DNA from: Maritimibacter sp.
GTDB taxonomy: Bacteria; Pseudomonadota; Alphaproteobacteria; Rhodobacterales; Rhodobacteraceae
DNA length: 64,000 nucleotides
Direction: 5' to 3'
NCBI GenBank assembly: GCA_011389895.1
Contig: JAABTN010000013.1
Span: forward strand, 2,895-66,894
This document shows, in pieces, positions 39,991 through 50,358 of this stretch. How positions within the stretch are numbered: position 1 is the first letter of the stretch; every line of letters starts with the position of its first letter. The notes beneath the pieces were generated by a model that saw only the letters and a list, made by a program, of their open reading frames with translations, was not told where the DNA came from and made no database searches. Position numbers and translations under genes: made by a program.

Positions 39991-41535
39991 ATGATCCGTA
40001 TCGGGGTCGATGTGGGCGGCACGAATACCGACGCCGTCGTGATGCGCGACAAGTCCTTTGTCGCCGGGGCGAAATCACCAACGTCGCCGGATGTGACAAG
40101 CGGCGCGCGCGCGGCGATCGACAAGGCCATCGCCCGGTCGGGGATCGATGTTGGGGTGGTCGATGCCGTGATGTTGGGAACCACGCATTTCGTCAACGCG
40201 CTGGTGCGGCGACGTGATCTTGCCTCGACCGGGATCATCCGGCTTTGCCTGCCGTCCGGGGCGTCGCTTAACCCCTTTGCGGCCTGGCCTGCTGACCTGG
40301 TCAAGGCGATCGGGGGCAAATTTCGGCTGGTTGACGGCGGCTACGAGATGGACGGGCGCGAAATCGCGCCGCTGGACCGGGCGCAGCTTCTTGCCGCGGT
40401 CGATGACCTGCGGGCCGCCGGGTGCACCGAGATCGCCATATCGGCGGTGTTCTCGACCGTGCGGGGCGACATGGAGATGGAAGCCGCCGATATCATCCGC
40501 GCGGCGCACCCGGACCTCCAGGTGACGGTGAGCCAGGAGATTGGGCGGATCGGGCTTCTTGAACGGGAAAACGCCGCCATCATTAACAGCGCGCTAAGGC
40601 CGCTTGCGGGACAGGTCGTGGCGGCCTTCAAGCGGATGAAGGAAGAGCTCGGGCTGACCTGCCCGGTCTATTTCACTCGCAATGACGGCACGCTGATCGA
40701 CACCGAAGAGGTCGAGCGTCTTCCGGTTCTCACCTTTGCCTGCGGTCCGACGAATTCGATGCGCGGGGCGGCGTTCCTGTCCGGGCTGGCCCATGCGCTG
40801 GTCGTCGATATCGGCGGCACGACGGCGGATGTGGGCGAGGTGCGGGATGGCTTCCCCCGGCTTGCAGGCACCTCGGTCACGGTGGCCGATGTGCAGACGA
40901 ATTTCTCCATGCCGGATGTGATTAGTCTTGGGTTGGGGGGCGGATCCTTGGTGAACCGCGAAACCGGGCGGATCGGGCCGGATTCTGTTGGTCTCGACCT
41001 GCTGACACAGGGCGTGGTCTTTGGAGGCGATACGCTCACCGCGTCGGATGTGGCGGTTGCGTCGGGGCGTGCGCAGATGGGCACCCATCCCGCCCCGCCC
41101 CTGCCGGAGGTTGAGGCGCTGACTGCCGAGATCGACAGGATGCTTGCAGATGTCGTCGCCCGTTCGCGCACCAGTGCCGAGGAAATGCCGGTGTTGGCCG
41201 TGGGGGGTGGATCGGTCCTGATGGGCCCGGTGGTGGACGGGCTGACGGTGATCCGGCCCGAGCACCACGACCTTGCCAATGCCGTGGGTGCGGCGATTGC
41301 GCAGGTGTCGGGCGAGGTGTCGCGCATCGTGCAACTGACCGAGGGGCTGACCCGCGAGGCCGCGATTGCGCAGGTGACGCAGGATGCGTCTGACGCCGCC
41401 GTTGCGCGCGGTGCGGACCCCGCGACACTGACCACGTTGTCGGTGGCCGATGTGCCGCTGGCCTATCTGCCCGGAAACAATCTCGCCATCAGTGTTAACG
41501 TTGTTGGCGATCTCAACCTGGAGGCAAAAGGATGA
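39991..41535 (+). CDS. Hydantoinase/oxoprolinase-A family protein (short form, no B subunit nearby)
   Basis: IGVDVGGTNTDAV, GLLERENAAIINS, VVDIGGTTADVG, NAVGAAIAQVSG. Confidence 0.88.
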   Translation: MIRIGVDVGGTNTDAVVMRDKSFVAGAKSPTSPDVTSGARAAIDKAIARSGIDVGVVDAVMLGTTHFVNALVRRRDLASTGIIRLCLPSGASLNPFAAWPADLVKAIGGKFRLVDGGYEMDGREIAPLDRAQLLAAVDDLRAAGCTEIAISAVFSTVRGDMEMEAADIIRAAHPDLQVTVSQEIGRIGLLERENAAIINSALRPLAGQVVAAFKRMKEELGLTCPVYFTRNDGTLIDTEEVERLPVLTFACGPTNSMRGAAFLSGLAHALVVDIGGTTADVGEVRDGFPRLAGTSVTVADVQTNFSMPDVISLGLGGGSLVNRETGRIGPDSVGLDLLTQGVVFGGDTLTASDVAVASGRAQMGTHPAPPLPEVEALTAEIDRMLADVVARSRTSAEEMPVLAVGGGSVLMGPVVDGLTVIRPEHHDLANAVGAAIAQVSGEVSRIVQLTEGLTREAAIAQVTQDASDAAVARGADPATLTTLSVADVPLAYLPGNNLAISVNVVGDLNLEAKG

Positions 41536-42617
41536 CCGCTGATAAGACCCCCGTGATGAATGTCGACAAGGCCGCACTGCGCCGGATCGCCCGGGGCGGG
41601 GCGGTGTTGGGATCGGGCGGCGGCGGCGACCCCTACATCGGGCGGCTCATGGCCGAACAGGAGCTGGGCGATGACGGGTCGGTGCCCGTGGTGTCTTTAG
41701 ACGATCTGCCCGATGATGCGCTGATCCTGCCGATCGCGATGATGGGCGCGCCGCATGTCATGCTGGAACGGTTCCCGTCGGGCAACGAGATTCCGGCGTT
41801 GGTCGCCACGATGGAGAAGCTCATGGGGCGCCGCGTGTCGGCGATCCTGTGCATCGAGGCGGGCGGGCTGAATTCCGTCATCCCGTTCATCGCGGCGGCA
41901 CAGATGGGGTTGCCGATCATCGACGGCGACGCCATGGGCCGGGCGTTTCCCGAGCTTCAGATGGTGACCTTTACCCTCGCCGGTCTGGGGGCGACCCCGA
42001 TGGCGATGTATGATGACAAGGGTAACGGGGCCACCTTTGACACGGTGTCGAACCAATGGACCGAACGGCTCGCCCGCGCGCTTACGATCGAGATGGGTGG
42101 GGCGGCGATGGTCGGGCTGTACCCGGTGACGGCGGCGCAATGCCGCCCCTGCCTGATCCGGGGAAGCCTTAGTCTTGCCCACCGGATCGGGGACCTGATC
42201 GAAACCTATGGCGGGCAGGCAACCGAAACGCTTGCCACGTCGCTTGGCGGAACGATGTTGTTTCATGGCCGGGTGCGCGATGTCGATCGGCGCCTCGAGG
42301 GGGCCTTTGCCAAGGGGAGCGTGCGGGTCGAAGGGCAGGGGGATTTCCGGGGGCGGACCGTGACGCTCGGGTTCCAGAACGAATTCCTCTCGGCAGAGGA
42401 AGACGGGCGCATGCTGGCAACCACCCCGGACCTGATCACGCTGGTCGATGCCAACACCGGTGCGCCGGTGCCGACGGATACGGTCAAGTATGGTTTGTCG
42501 GTCAAGGTGCTGGGCCTGCCGTGCGATCCGATCTGGCGGTCGGACGAAGGACTGGCGCTGGTTGGCCCGCGTTACTTCGGGATCGACGTGGATTACACGC
42601 CGTTGGACGTCGCCTGA
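41532..42617 (+). CDS. DUF917-family protein
   Basis: GGAVLGSGGGGDPY, IEAGGLNS, DGDAMGRAFPELQM, FQNEFL, ATTPDLIT; ATGA coupling to the hydantoinase gene. Confidence 0.85.
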   Translation: MTADKTPVMNVDKAALRRIARGGAVLGSGGGGDPYIGRLMAEQELGDDGSVPVVSLDDLPDDALILPIAMMGAPHVMLERFPSGNEIPALVATMEKLMGRRVSAILCIEAGGLNSVIPFIAAAQMGLPIIDGDAMGRAFPELQMVTFTLAGLGATPMAMYDDKGNGATFDTVSNQWTERLARALTIEMGGAAMVGLYPVTAAQCRPCLIRGSLSLAHRIGDLIETYGGQATETLATSLGGTMLFHGRVRDVDRRLEGAFAKGSVRVEGQGDFRGRTVTLGFQNEFLSAEEDGRMLATTPDLITLVDANTGAPVPTDTVKYGLSVKVLGLPCDPIWRSDEGLALVGPRYFGIDVDYTPLDVA

Positions 42618-44125
42618 CCGATCCAGCCAAGCCTGCGCGCGGCAAGGATCGCATCGCGCCTGCGACCTACACCGAGCTTTGCGTAGATGCTCTTGAGGTG
42701 GAATTTTACCGTCGCCTCGCTGACCCCGCGCATTCGGGCCAGCGCCTTGTTCGATGTGGAATCGGGCAACAGGCACAGCACGGCGTATTCGGCGCGGGTC
42801 AATTCGGGCGGGACCGGGTCCACCCGTTCGCGTGCCGCCAACGGCCCGAGATAGGCATCGCGGATGTGGCGCGCGCGGTCGACGAACCGGCGACGGATGC
42901 GACATTCGGCACAAAAGGTTTCAAAGGTCTGCTGCGCGGTCGAGAAGAGATAAGTCCAGCCCTGCGCCTCGATCTGCTCGAACGTGGGTAGAAGGTGATG
43001 CGCGGCCTCGTCGAACCGCCCGGCCTGCAACGCCTGCTCCCCGCACAAAAGCGCCTGTGTCGCCTGCAATCGGGCGAGCCGAAGCGGGACGTCCCCCGCC
43101 GCGTCGCCCCAGTTCACCTGCATCGAGGTGAGGTTCGGCATCACCAGGACCATGTGCCGCTCTGCCAACCCGAGAGCGGCCATGCCGTGTTGTGTCCCGC
43201 GTGGGACGCGGTAGAAAAATTCGTCCCGCAAAAGCTGCATCGCGGGCAAAACGTCGGTCATACCCCGCACCCGCAACAGCGTTTCAAGCGCCGCGTGACG
43301 TTCCAGAACGGCGTCGTCATGGCTGGCCAGCGCGACCCGGAACCTGAGCGTTGCGAGAACCAGCAATGTCTCGGGCCAGAATTCGCCGTGGACCAGCGCA
43401 TCCTGCATCGGGTCAAGCGCTGCGGCTTCGGGCAGGCGACCGGTTGCCTCGGCCACGATCCACCAGCGCACCAATGTGACCATCGCCATTTCGCAGATCG
43501 GCGCGCCTGCAGCGTTGAAACACCGCCCGGCTGCGTCAACCGCACGGTGCGCCGCCACAAGATCACCGGCGCTGATGTTCAGGAAACCGAGGTGCAGGTG
43601 GATGAAGCCTTCGAGGTAATCCGACCCGCAGGCGCGGTAGCTGTCGATCGCAAGCTGACCGAACTCGACCCCCGCACTCAGGTCGAGCCGCCGGAAGGCG
43701 ATCATCAAAAGCATGTTGTAGACCGCGCCGTGGCACACGTGATCGTCGGGATCGAACAGCGATATCGTGTCGACATAGGCCCACATCGCCTCCGGGCTAA
43801 GAGTCGTATCGTGCCCCATGTGGCCAAGCATCTCGATGATGATAAGCGGTGCGCTTTCCTCGGAGAGTCGGTCTTGTTGCTTCAAGAGCGGCACATCGGG
43901 GTCGAGCCCGCGGGCGGCGACGAGGTTGTGAAAACGTTTCATCGCCTGTCGAAAACGCCCGGTCTTGTAGTCGATGAGGATCTTCACAAGCGTCGCGTCA
44001 AGGCCGGTGTCGGGCGTGTCGAACGCCCCCGCGTAGGCGGCAAGGGGCATCTTCAGCGCGGATCGAAAGCTGATCCCTGTCTCTGTCGATCCCCCGTCCA
44101 AATGTAGCACCCCGGCTCTCGTCAC
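42593..44125 (-). CDS. LuxR-family regulator, MalT-like helical sensor + HTH, no N-terminal ATPase
   Basis: C-terminal LTRAEYAVL...SNKALARMRGVSEATVKFHLKSIYAKLGV; no Walker A seen. Confidence 0.8.
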   Translation of the reverse strand: MTRAGVLHLDGGSTETGISFRSALKMPLAAYAGAFDTPDTGLDATLVKILIDYKTGRFRQAMKRFHNLVAARGLDPDVPLLKQQDRLSEESAPLIIIEMLGHMGHDTTLSPEAMWAYVDTISLFDPDDHVCHGAVYNMLLMIAFRRLDLSAGVEFGQLAIDSYRACGSDYLEGFIHLHLGFLNISAGDLVAAHRAVDAAGRCFNAAGAPICEMAMVTLVRWWIVAEATGRLPEAAALDPMQDALVHGEFWPETLLVLATLRFRVALASHDDAVLERHAALETLLRVRGMTDVLPAMQLLRDEFFYRVPRGTQHGMAALGLAERHMVLVMPNLTSMQVNWGDAAGDVPLRLARLQATQALLCGEQALQAGRFDEAAHHLLPTFEQIEAQGWTYLFSTAQQTFETFCAECRIRRRFVDRARHIRDAYLGPLAARERVDPVPPELTRAEYAVLCLLPDSTSNKALARMRGVSEATVKFHLKSIYAKLGVGRRRDAILAARRLGWIGQATSNGV

Positions 44126-44233
44126 GTTGCCGACAGTCTAGGCCCCGCCCCCGGTTCCGGCAAGGCTGTGCACCGGACCGCCACAAGGCCCGCAGATGGC
44201 CCCCGGACGACCGGCCAGGGAAAAATTGGTTTG

Positions 44234-44260
44234 TCAAAAACTTCCCACGCGCTAAGTTTT
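44234..44260. promoter_or_regulatory. Candidate LacI operator 1
   Basis: AAAACTT-N10-AAGTTTT perfect inverted repeat upstream of the lacI-family gene. Confidence 0.55.
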
Positions 44261-44296
44261 CCTTGGCGCGCCACCAACGGCGGTCAGAAGGGGCAG

Positions 44297-45334
44297 ATGC
44301 AGATGAGCGGGCACAAGATCCGAACCATGGAAGACTTCGCGCAGGCCAGCGGCATTTCCCGCCCCACGGTGTCGAAGTATTTCAACGACCCAGACAGCGT
44401 GCGCAAATCGACCCGTGCGCGGATCGAAGAGGCGTTGGAAACCTACGACTATCGTCCCAACATCTACGCGATGAACCAGAACCGGCGATTGACCAAGAAT
44501 ATCGGGATCGTCGTGCCATACCTTGCCGATCCGTTCTTTGCCGAGATCGCCCGCATGATCGAGAATCACGTGATCGCTGCCGGGTTCCGCCCGATCCTGT
44601 TGTCGTCGCATGGCAGCACGCAGCAGGAAATCGAGAACATCGACAGCCTGCGCACGATCCGTCCGGCGGGCGTCTTGATGGCCCCGCTTGGGCGCACGTC
44701 CGACCGGGGCGCGCTTGAATCCTTTTGCGCCGAAGTGCCGACCATCCTGTTCGACAGCTACATCAGCGATCTGGGGGATGCCTTCGTCGGGCATGACAAC
44801 GAGGTGTCGACCGAGCTGATTTGTGACTACCTGTGCCGGTCGGGAGAGCCGCCCGCGTTTTTCGAGATGCGCACCCCGACCAACCCGAACGCCTACCGGC
44901 GGCGCAACACTTATCTGGCGACGATGGAGAAGCTGGGCAACGATCCGCATTTGATTCAAGTCGAGGGCGAGGATTGGGAATTCGAGCGTATCGGCATGGA
45001 GGGCGGCATCAAGGTGATCTCGGAGAACGGGCTTCCGTCCAACACGATCCTGTGCTCGAACGACCGGCTGGCCATCGGTTTGCTCGCCGCTGCCTATCAA
45101 AAAGGGCTGCGCGTCGGGCATGGTCCGGGCTGTGCGCTGAGAATCGCGGGGCATGACAATCACCCGTGGTCGCAGTTTGCCTGCCCCCCGCTCACCACCG
45201 TCAGCCAGAATTATTCCGCGATCGCCGAGCGTGCGGTCGAGTTGATGATGGATGAGATCGTTTCGGGGCAACGTCCTGACAAACGGGAAGAAATCTTCTT
45301 TGAAGGCAAGCTGGTCATGCGCGAATCCGCGTGA
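44297..45334 (+). CDS. LacI-family regulator of the polyol operon
   Basis: TMEDFAQASGISRPTVSKYFN HTH, YRPNIYA, PPLTTVSQN, LVMRES. Confidence 0.93.
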   Translation: MQMSGHKIRTMEDFAQASGISRPTVSKYFNDPDSVRKSTRARIEEALETYDYRPNIYAMNQNRRLTKNIGIVVPYLADPFFAEIARMIENHVIAAGFRPILLSSHGSTQQEIENIDSLRTIRPAGVLMAPLGRTSDRGALESFCAEVPTILFDSYISDLGDAFVGHDNEVSTELICDYLCRSGEPPAFFEMRTPTNPNAYRRRNTYLATMEKLGNDPHLIQVEGEDWEFERIGMEGGIKVISENGLPSNTILCSNDRLAIGLLAAAYQKGLRVGHGPGCALRIAGHDNHPWSQFACPPLTTVSQNYSAIAERAVELMMDEIVSGQRPDKREEIFFEGKLVMRESA

Positions 45335-45354
45335 ATCCAGCTGGCCCGCAGAAA

Positions 45355-45381
45355 TCAAAAACTTATCGGGCGTAAAATTAT
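45355..45381. promoter_or_regulatory. Candidate LacI operator 2
   Basis: TCAAAAACTT identical to the left arm of site 1, followed by a degenerate right arm; upstream of smoE. Confidence 0.5.
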
Positions 45382-45450
45382 TGGTTGACGGATGCAGTAA
45401 CACCCCCTTACCCATGATGTAGACATCCGAGAACCAAGGGAGGAGATAGG

Positions 45451-46752
45451 ATGAAACTCAAGAACGCACTCGTTGCGGTCTCTGCACTCGTGTCCGTGGG
45501 GGCGACAGCCGCCTACGCCGAGACGCTGACCATTGCCACCGTGAACAACGGTGACATGATCCGCATGCAGGGTCTCACCGACGATTTCACCGCCAAGACC
45601 GGCCACGAGGTCGAATGGGTCACCCTGGAAGAAAATGTGCTGCGCCAACGTGTGACGCAGGACATCGCCACCAAGGGCGGTCAATTCGACATCATGACGA
45701 TTGGCATGTACGAGGCTCCGATCTGGGCCGCCAATGATTGGCTCGTCGCGCTTGACGATCTGTCAGAAGACTATGACGTGGACGACATCCTGCCCGCGAT
45801 GCGCGATGGCCTGTCGTATGACGGCACGCTCTTTGCCGCGCCGTTCTATGGCGAAAGCTCGATGATCATGTATCGGACCGATCTCATGGAAGAGGCCGGG
45901 CTTGAGATGCCCGAAGCCCCGACTTGGGATTTCGTGAAGGACGCTGCCATCGCGATGACCGACCGGGAGAACGAGATCTACGGTGCCTGCTTGCGTGGCA
46001 AGGCGGGGTGGGGCGAGAACATGGCCTTTCTCACCGCGATGTCAAACTCGTTCGGCGCACGGTGGTTCGACGAGGAGTGGAACGCGCAATTCGACAGCGA
46101 TGCGTGGAACCAAACCTTGACCTTCTATCTCGACCTGATGGAACAGGCGGGCCCTCCGGGTGCCTCGACCAACGGGTTCAACGAGAACCTCGCGCTGTTC
46201 CAACAGGGCAAATGCGGCATGTGGATCGACGCCACGGTGGCGGCGTCCTTCGTGACCAACCCCGAGGATTCGACCGTGGCTGACAGTGTCGGCTTCGCGC
46301 TCGCCCCCGATGCGGGCATGGGTCCGCGCGGCAACTGGCTCTGGGCATGGGCGCTTGCCATCCCGGCTGGCACCGAGAAAGAGGCGGCGGCGAAAGAGTT
46401 CATCGAATGGTCGACCTCGAAAGACTATATCGAGCTTGTGGCGGAGAACGAAGGCTGGGCCAACGTCCCGCCGGGTGCGCGCACCTCGCTTTACGAGAAC
46501 CCGAACTACGCCGACATTCCGTTTGCGCAGATGACGCTGGAGTCGATCAATTCGGCTGACCCGCTGAACCCGACCGTGGACCCGGTCCCCTACCAGGGCG
46601 TGCAGTTTGTCGCGATCCCGGAGTTTGCGGGGATCGCCACGCAGGTGGGTCAGGAATTCTCGGCCGCCCTTGCCGGTCAGCAATCCGCCGAAGACGCGCT
46701 TGCCAAGGCACAGGTGCTGACCACGGAAGAGATGGAAGCCGCAGGCTACTGA
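45451..46752 (+). CDS. smoE: Sorbitol/mannitol ABC substrate-binding protein
   Basis: TIATVNNGDMIRMQ, WVTLEENVLRQRVT, PYQGVQFVAIPEF. Confidence 0.92.
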   Translation: MKLKNALVAVSALVSVGATAAYAETLTIATVNNGDMIRMQGLTDDFTAKTGHEVEWVTLEENVLRQRVTQDIATKGGQFDIMTIGMYEAPIWAANDWLVALDDLSEDYDVDDILPAMRDGLSYDGTLFAAPFYGESSMIMYRTDLMEEAGLEMPEAPTWDFVKDAAIAMTDRENEIYGACLRGKAGWGENMAFLTAMSNSFGARWFDEEWNAQFDSDAWNQTLTFYLDLMEQAGPPGASTNGFNENLALFQQGKCGMWIDATVAASFVTNPEDSTVADSVGFALAPDAGMGPRGNWLWAWALAIPAGTEKEAAAKEFIEWSTSKDYIELVAENEGWANVPPGARTSLYENPNYADIPFAQMTLESINSADPLNPTVDPVPYQGVQFVAIPEFAGIATQVGQEFSAALAGQQSAEDALAKAQVLTTEEMEAAGY

Positions 46753-46764
46753 TCATTCTCCCTC

Positions 46765-46797
46765 GGACGAGGGCGGCACGCATCGTCGCCCTCGTCC
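46765..46797 (+). terminator. Intercistronic stem-loop after smoE (mRNA stabiliser or partial terminator)
   Basis: ggacgagggcg...cgccctcgtcc 11-bp stem. Confidence 0.65.
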
Positions 46798-46865
46798 AAT
46801 AACCCGTCCACGAAGCTGTCACTGTCCTGCCGCGCAGATACCGCGTGCCTGAAGGAGGGGAAGAC

Positions 46866-47732
46866 ATGGCGACCCAGCATTCCCGATCTGCTGCCCGGAT
46901 CATGATGGCCCCCGCGGTTATTCTGCTTCTCGGTTGGATGCTCATCCCGCTTACCATGACCGTGGTGTTCTCATTCAAGAAATACCTGCCGATGCGCGGG
47001 GGCGATCTTGGATGGGTCGGGTTCGAGAACTACGCCCGCTTCGTTACCTCATCGTCATTCTGGCCCGCCGTCGCCACGACGCTCATCGTCGTTGGCGGCG
47101 TGTTGCTTATCACCGTGATCTTGGGTGTATTGCTCGCCCTGCTTCTGGATCAGCCGATGTGGGGGCAGGGGATTGTTCGCCTGCTTGTCATCTCGCCCTT
47201 TTTCGTGATGCCCACCGTTTCCGCCTTGGTCTGGAAGAACATGTTCATGGACCCGGTGAACGGTATCTTTGCCCACTTATGGAAATTCTTCGGGGCTCAG
47301 CCGATCGAATGGCTGTCGAATGCCTCGGTCACCTCGATCGTGATGATCGTGAGCTGGCAGTGGTTGCCCTTCGCGACGCTCATCCTGCTGACCGCGATCC
47401 AGTCTCTCGATAGCGAACAGCTTGAAGCCGCCGAAATGGACGGGGCAAAGGCGGTGTCGCGTTTCGGCTACATCATCCTGCCGCACCTCGCCCGTGCGAT
47501 CACCATCGTGGTCCTGATCCAGACGATCTTCCTGCTGTCGATCTTTGCCGAGATCTTCGTGACCACGCAGGGGTCATTCGGCACCCGCACGCTCACCTAC
47601 CTGATCTATCAACGGGTGCTTGAGAGCCAGAACGTCGGTCTCGGGTCCGCAGGCGGTGTCTATGCCATCATCCTCGCCAATATCGTTGCCCTCTTCCTGA
47701 TGCGCATCGTTGGCAAGAATCTCGACACCTGA
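46866..47732 (+). CDS. smoF: Polyol ABC permease
   Basis: WQWLPFA, EAAEMDGA EAA loop; operon context. Confidence 0.9.
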   Translation: MATQHSRSAARIMMAPAVILLLGWMLIPLTMTVVFSFKKYLPMRGGDLGWVGFENYARFVTSSSFWPAVATTLIVVGGVLLITVILGVLLALLLDQPMWGQGIVRLLVISPFFVMPTVSALVWKNMFMDPVNGIFAHLWKFFGAQPIEWLSNASVTSIVMIVSWQWLPFATLILLTAIQSLDSEQLEAAEMDGAKAVSRFGYIILPHLARAITIVVLIQTIFLLSIFAEIFVTTQGSFGTRTLTYLIYQRVLESQNVGLGSAGGVYAIILANIVALFLMRIVGKNLDT

Positions 47733-47744
47733 GGGGGGAAGATC

Positions 47745-48575
47745 ATGGGACGTTCCGTCACGACACAACGCAAGGCGTTCAACACGCTCTTCGCATGGGG
47801 CATCGGGCTTTTGATCTTCTTCCCGATCCTCTGGACCATCCTCACCAGCTTCAAGACCGAGGCCACGGCGATTGCCGATCCCCCGGTGATCTTTTTCTTC
47901 GACTGGACCGTTGAGAACTATGTGGTGGTGCAGGAGCGCTCGAATTATCTCAGGTTCCTGTGGAATTCCGTGATCATCGCGGGGGGGTCGACCGTGCTCG
48001 GGATCATCATCGCGGTGCCCGCGGCGTGGTCCATGGCTTTTGTTCCGTCGCGCCGGACCAAGGACATCCTGCTTTGGATGCTGTCGACCAAGATGCTGCC
48101 TGCCGTCGGCGTTCTCTATCCGATCTACCTGATTTTCATCAAGCTGGGCATTCTCGACACCCGCATCGGGCTGGTCGTGGTGATGATGTTCATCAACCTG
48201 CCGATCATCGTCTGGATGCTCTACACTTATTTCCGCGAAATTCCCGGCGAGATCCTTGAAGCGGCGCGGATGGACGGGGCGTCCTTGCGGGCCGAGATCA
48301 TTCACGTGCTCACGCCCATGGCGATCCCCGGCATCGCCTCGACCGTCCTTTTGAATTTTATCCTCGCCTGGAACGAAGCGTTCTGGACGCTCAACCTGAC
48401 GGCGGCCAAGGCCGCGCCTCTGACCGCCTTCATAGCAAGCTATTCGTCCCCCGAGGGATTGTTCTACGCCAAGCTTTCGGCGGCTTCCGTCATGGCCATC
48501 GCGCCAATTCTCGTCATGGGCTGGTTCAGCCAGAAACAACTTGTCCGGGGCCTGACCTTCGGCGCTGTCAAATAG
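47745..48575 (+). CDS. smoG: Polyol ABC permease
   Basis: [34 protein letters not shown]. Confidence 0.9.
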   Translation: MGRSVTTQRKAFNTLFAWGIGLLIFFPILWTILTSFKTEATAIADPPVIFFFDWTVENYVVVQERSNYLRFLWNSVIIAGGSTVLGIIIAVPAAWSMAFVPSRRTKDILLWMLSTKMLPAVGVLYPIYLIFIKLGILDTRIGLVVVMMFINLPIIVWMLYTYFREIPGEILEAARMDGASLRAEIIHVLTPMAIPGIASTVLLNFILAWNEAFWTLNLTAAKAAPLTAFIASYSSPEGLFYAKLSAASVMAIAPILVMGWFSQKQLVRGLTFGAVK

Positions 48576-48583
48576 GGGAAACC

Positions 48584-49584
<1,001 letters not shown>

Positions 49585-49588
<4 letters not shown>

Positions 49589-50358
49589 CCAGACTTGCTG
49601 GAAAGTCAGCGCTTATCACCGGGTCTGCCCGGGGGATCGGGCGCGCATTCGCCGAAGCCTATATCGCCGAAGGGGCGACGGTCGCGATTGCCGACATGAA
49701 CCTTGAGGCCGCACAAGCCACGGCCGGGGCGCTTGGGGACGCGGCCTTTGCGATCGGCATGGATGTGACCGACCGCACCGCGGTCGAGGCCGGGGTCAAT
49801 GCCGTGGTGGAAAAGGTCGGCAAGCTTGACATCGTGGTCAACAATGCCGCGCTGTTTTCGGCCGCGCCGACCGTTGAGATCGACCCGGACGACATGAATA
49901 AATTGTTCAACGTCAACGTGTTCGGCACGCTCTACACGCTTCAGGCCGGGGCGAGACAGATGATCGCGCAAGGCCATGGGGGCAAGATCATCAACATGGC
50001 GTCACAGGCCGGGCGGCGCGGTGAACCGCTTGTCGCGGTCTACTGTGCGACCAAGGCCGCGGTCATATCGCTTACCCAATCGACCGGTCTCGACCTGATC
50101 AAGCACGGGATCAACGTGAATGCCATCGCACCAGGCGTGGTGGATGGCGAACACTGGGACGGTGTGGATGCCTTTTTCGCAAAATATGAAGGCAAAGCGC
50201 CGGGGCAGAAGAAAAAGGAAGTCGGTGACGCCGTGCCATTTGGCCGTATGGGAACCGCCTCGGACCTCACAGGAATGGCCGTGTTCCTCGCGACACCGGA
50301 GGCCGACTACATCGTTTCGCAATGCTACAACGTGGATGGTGGCCAATGGATGAGCTGA
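49585..50358 (+). CDS. smoS: Sorbitol (L-iditol) dehydrogenase, SDR
   Basis: [38 protein letters not shown]. Confidence 0.9.
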
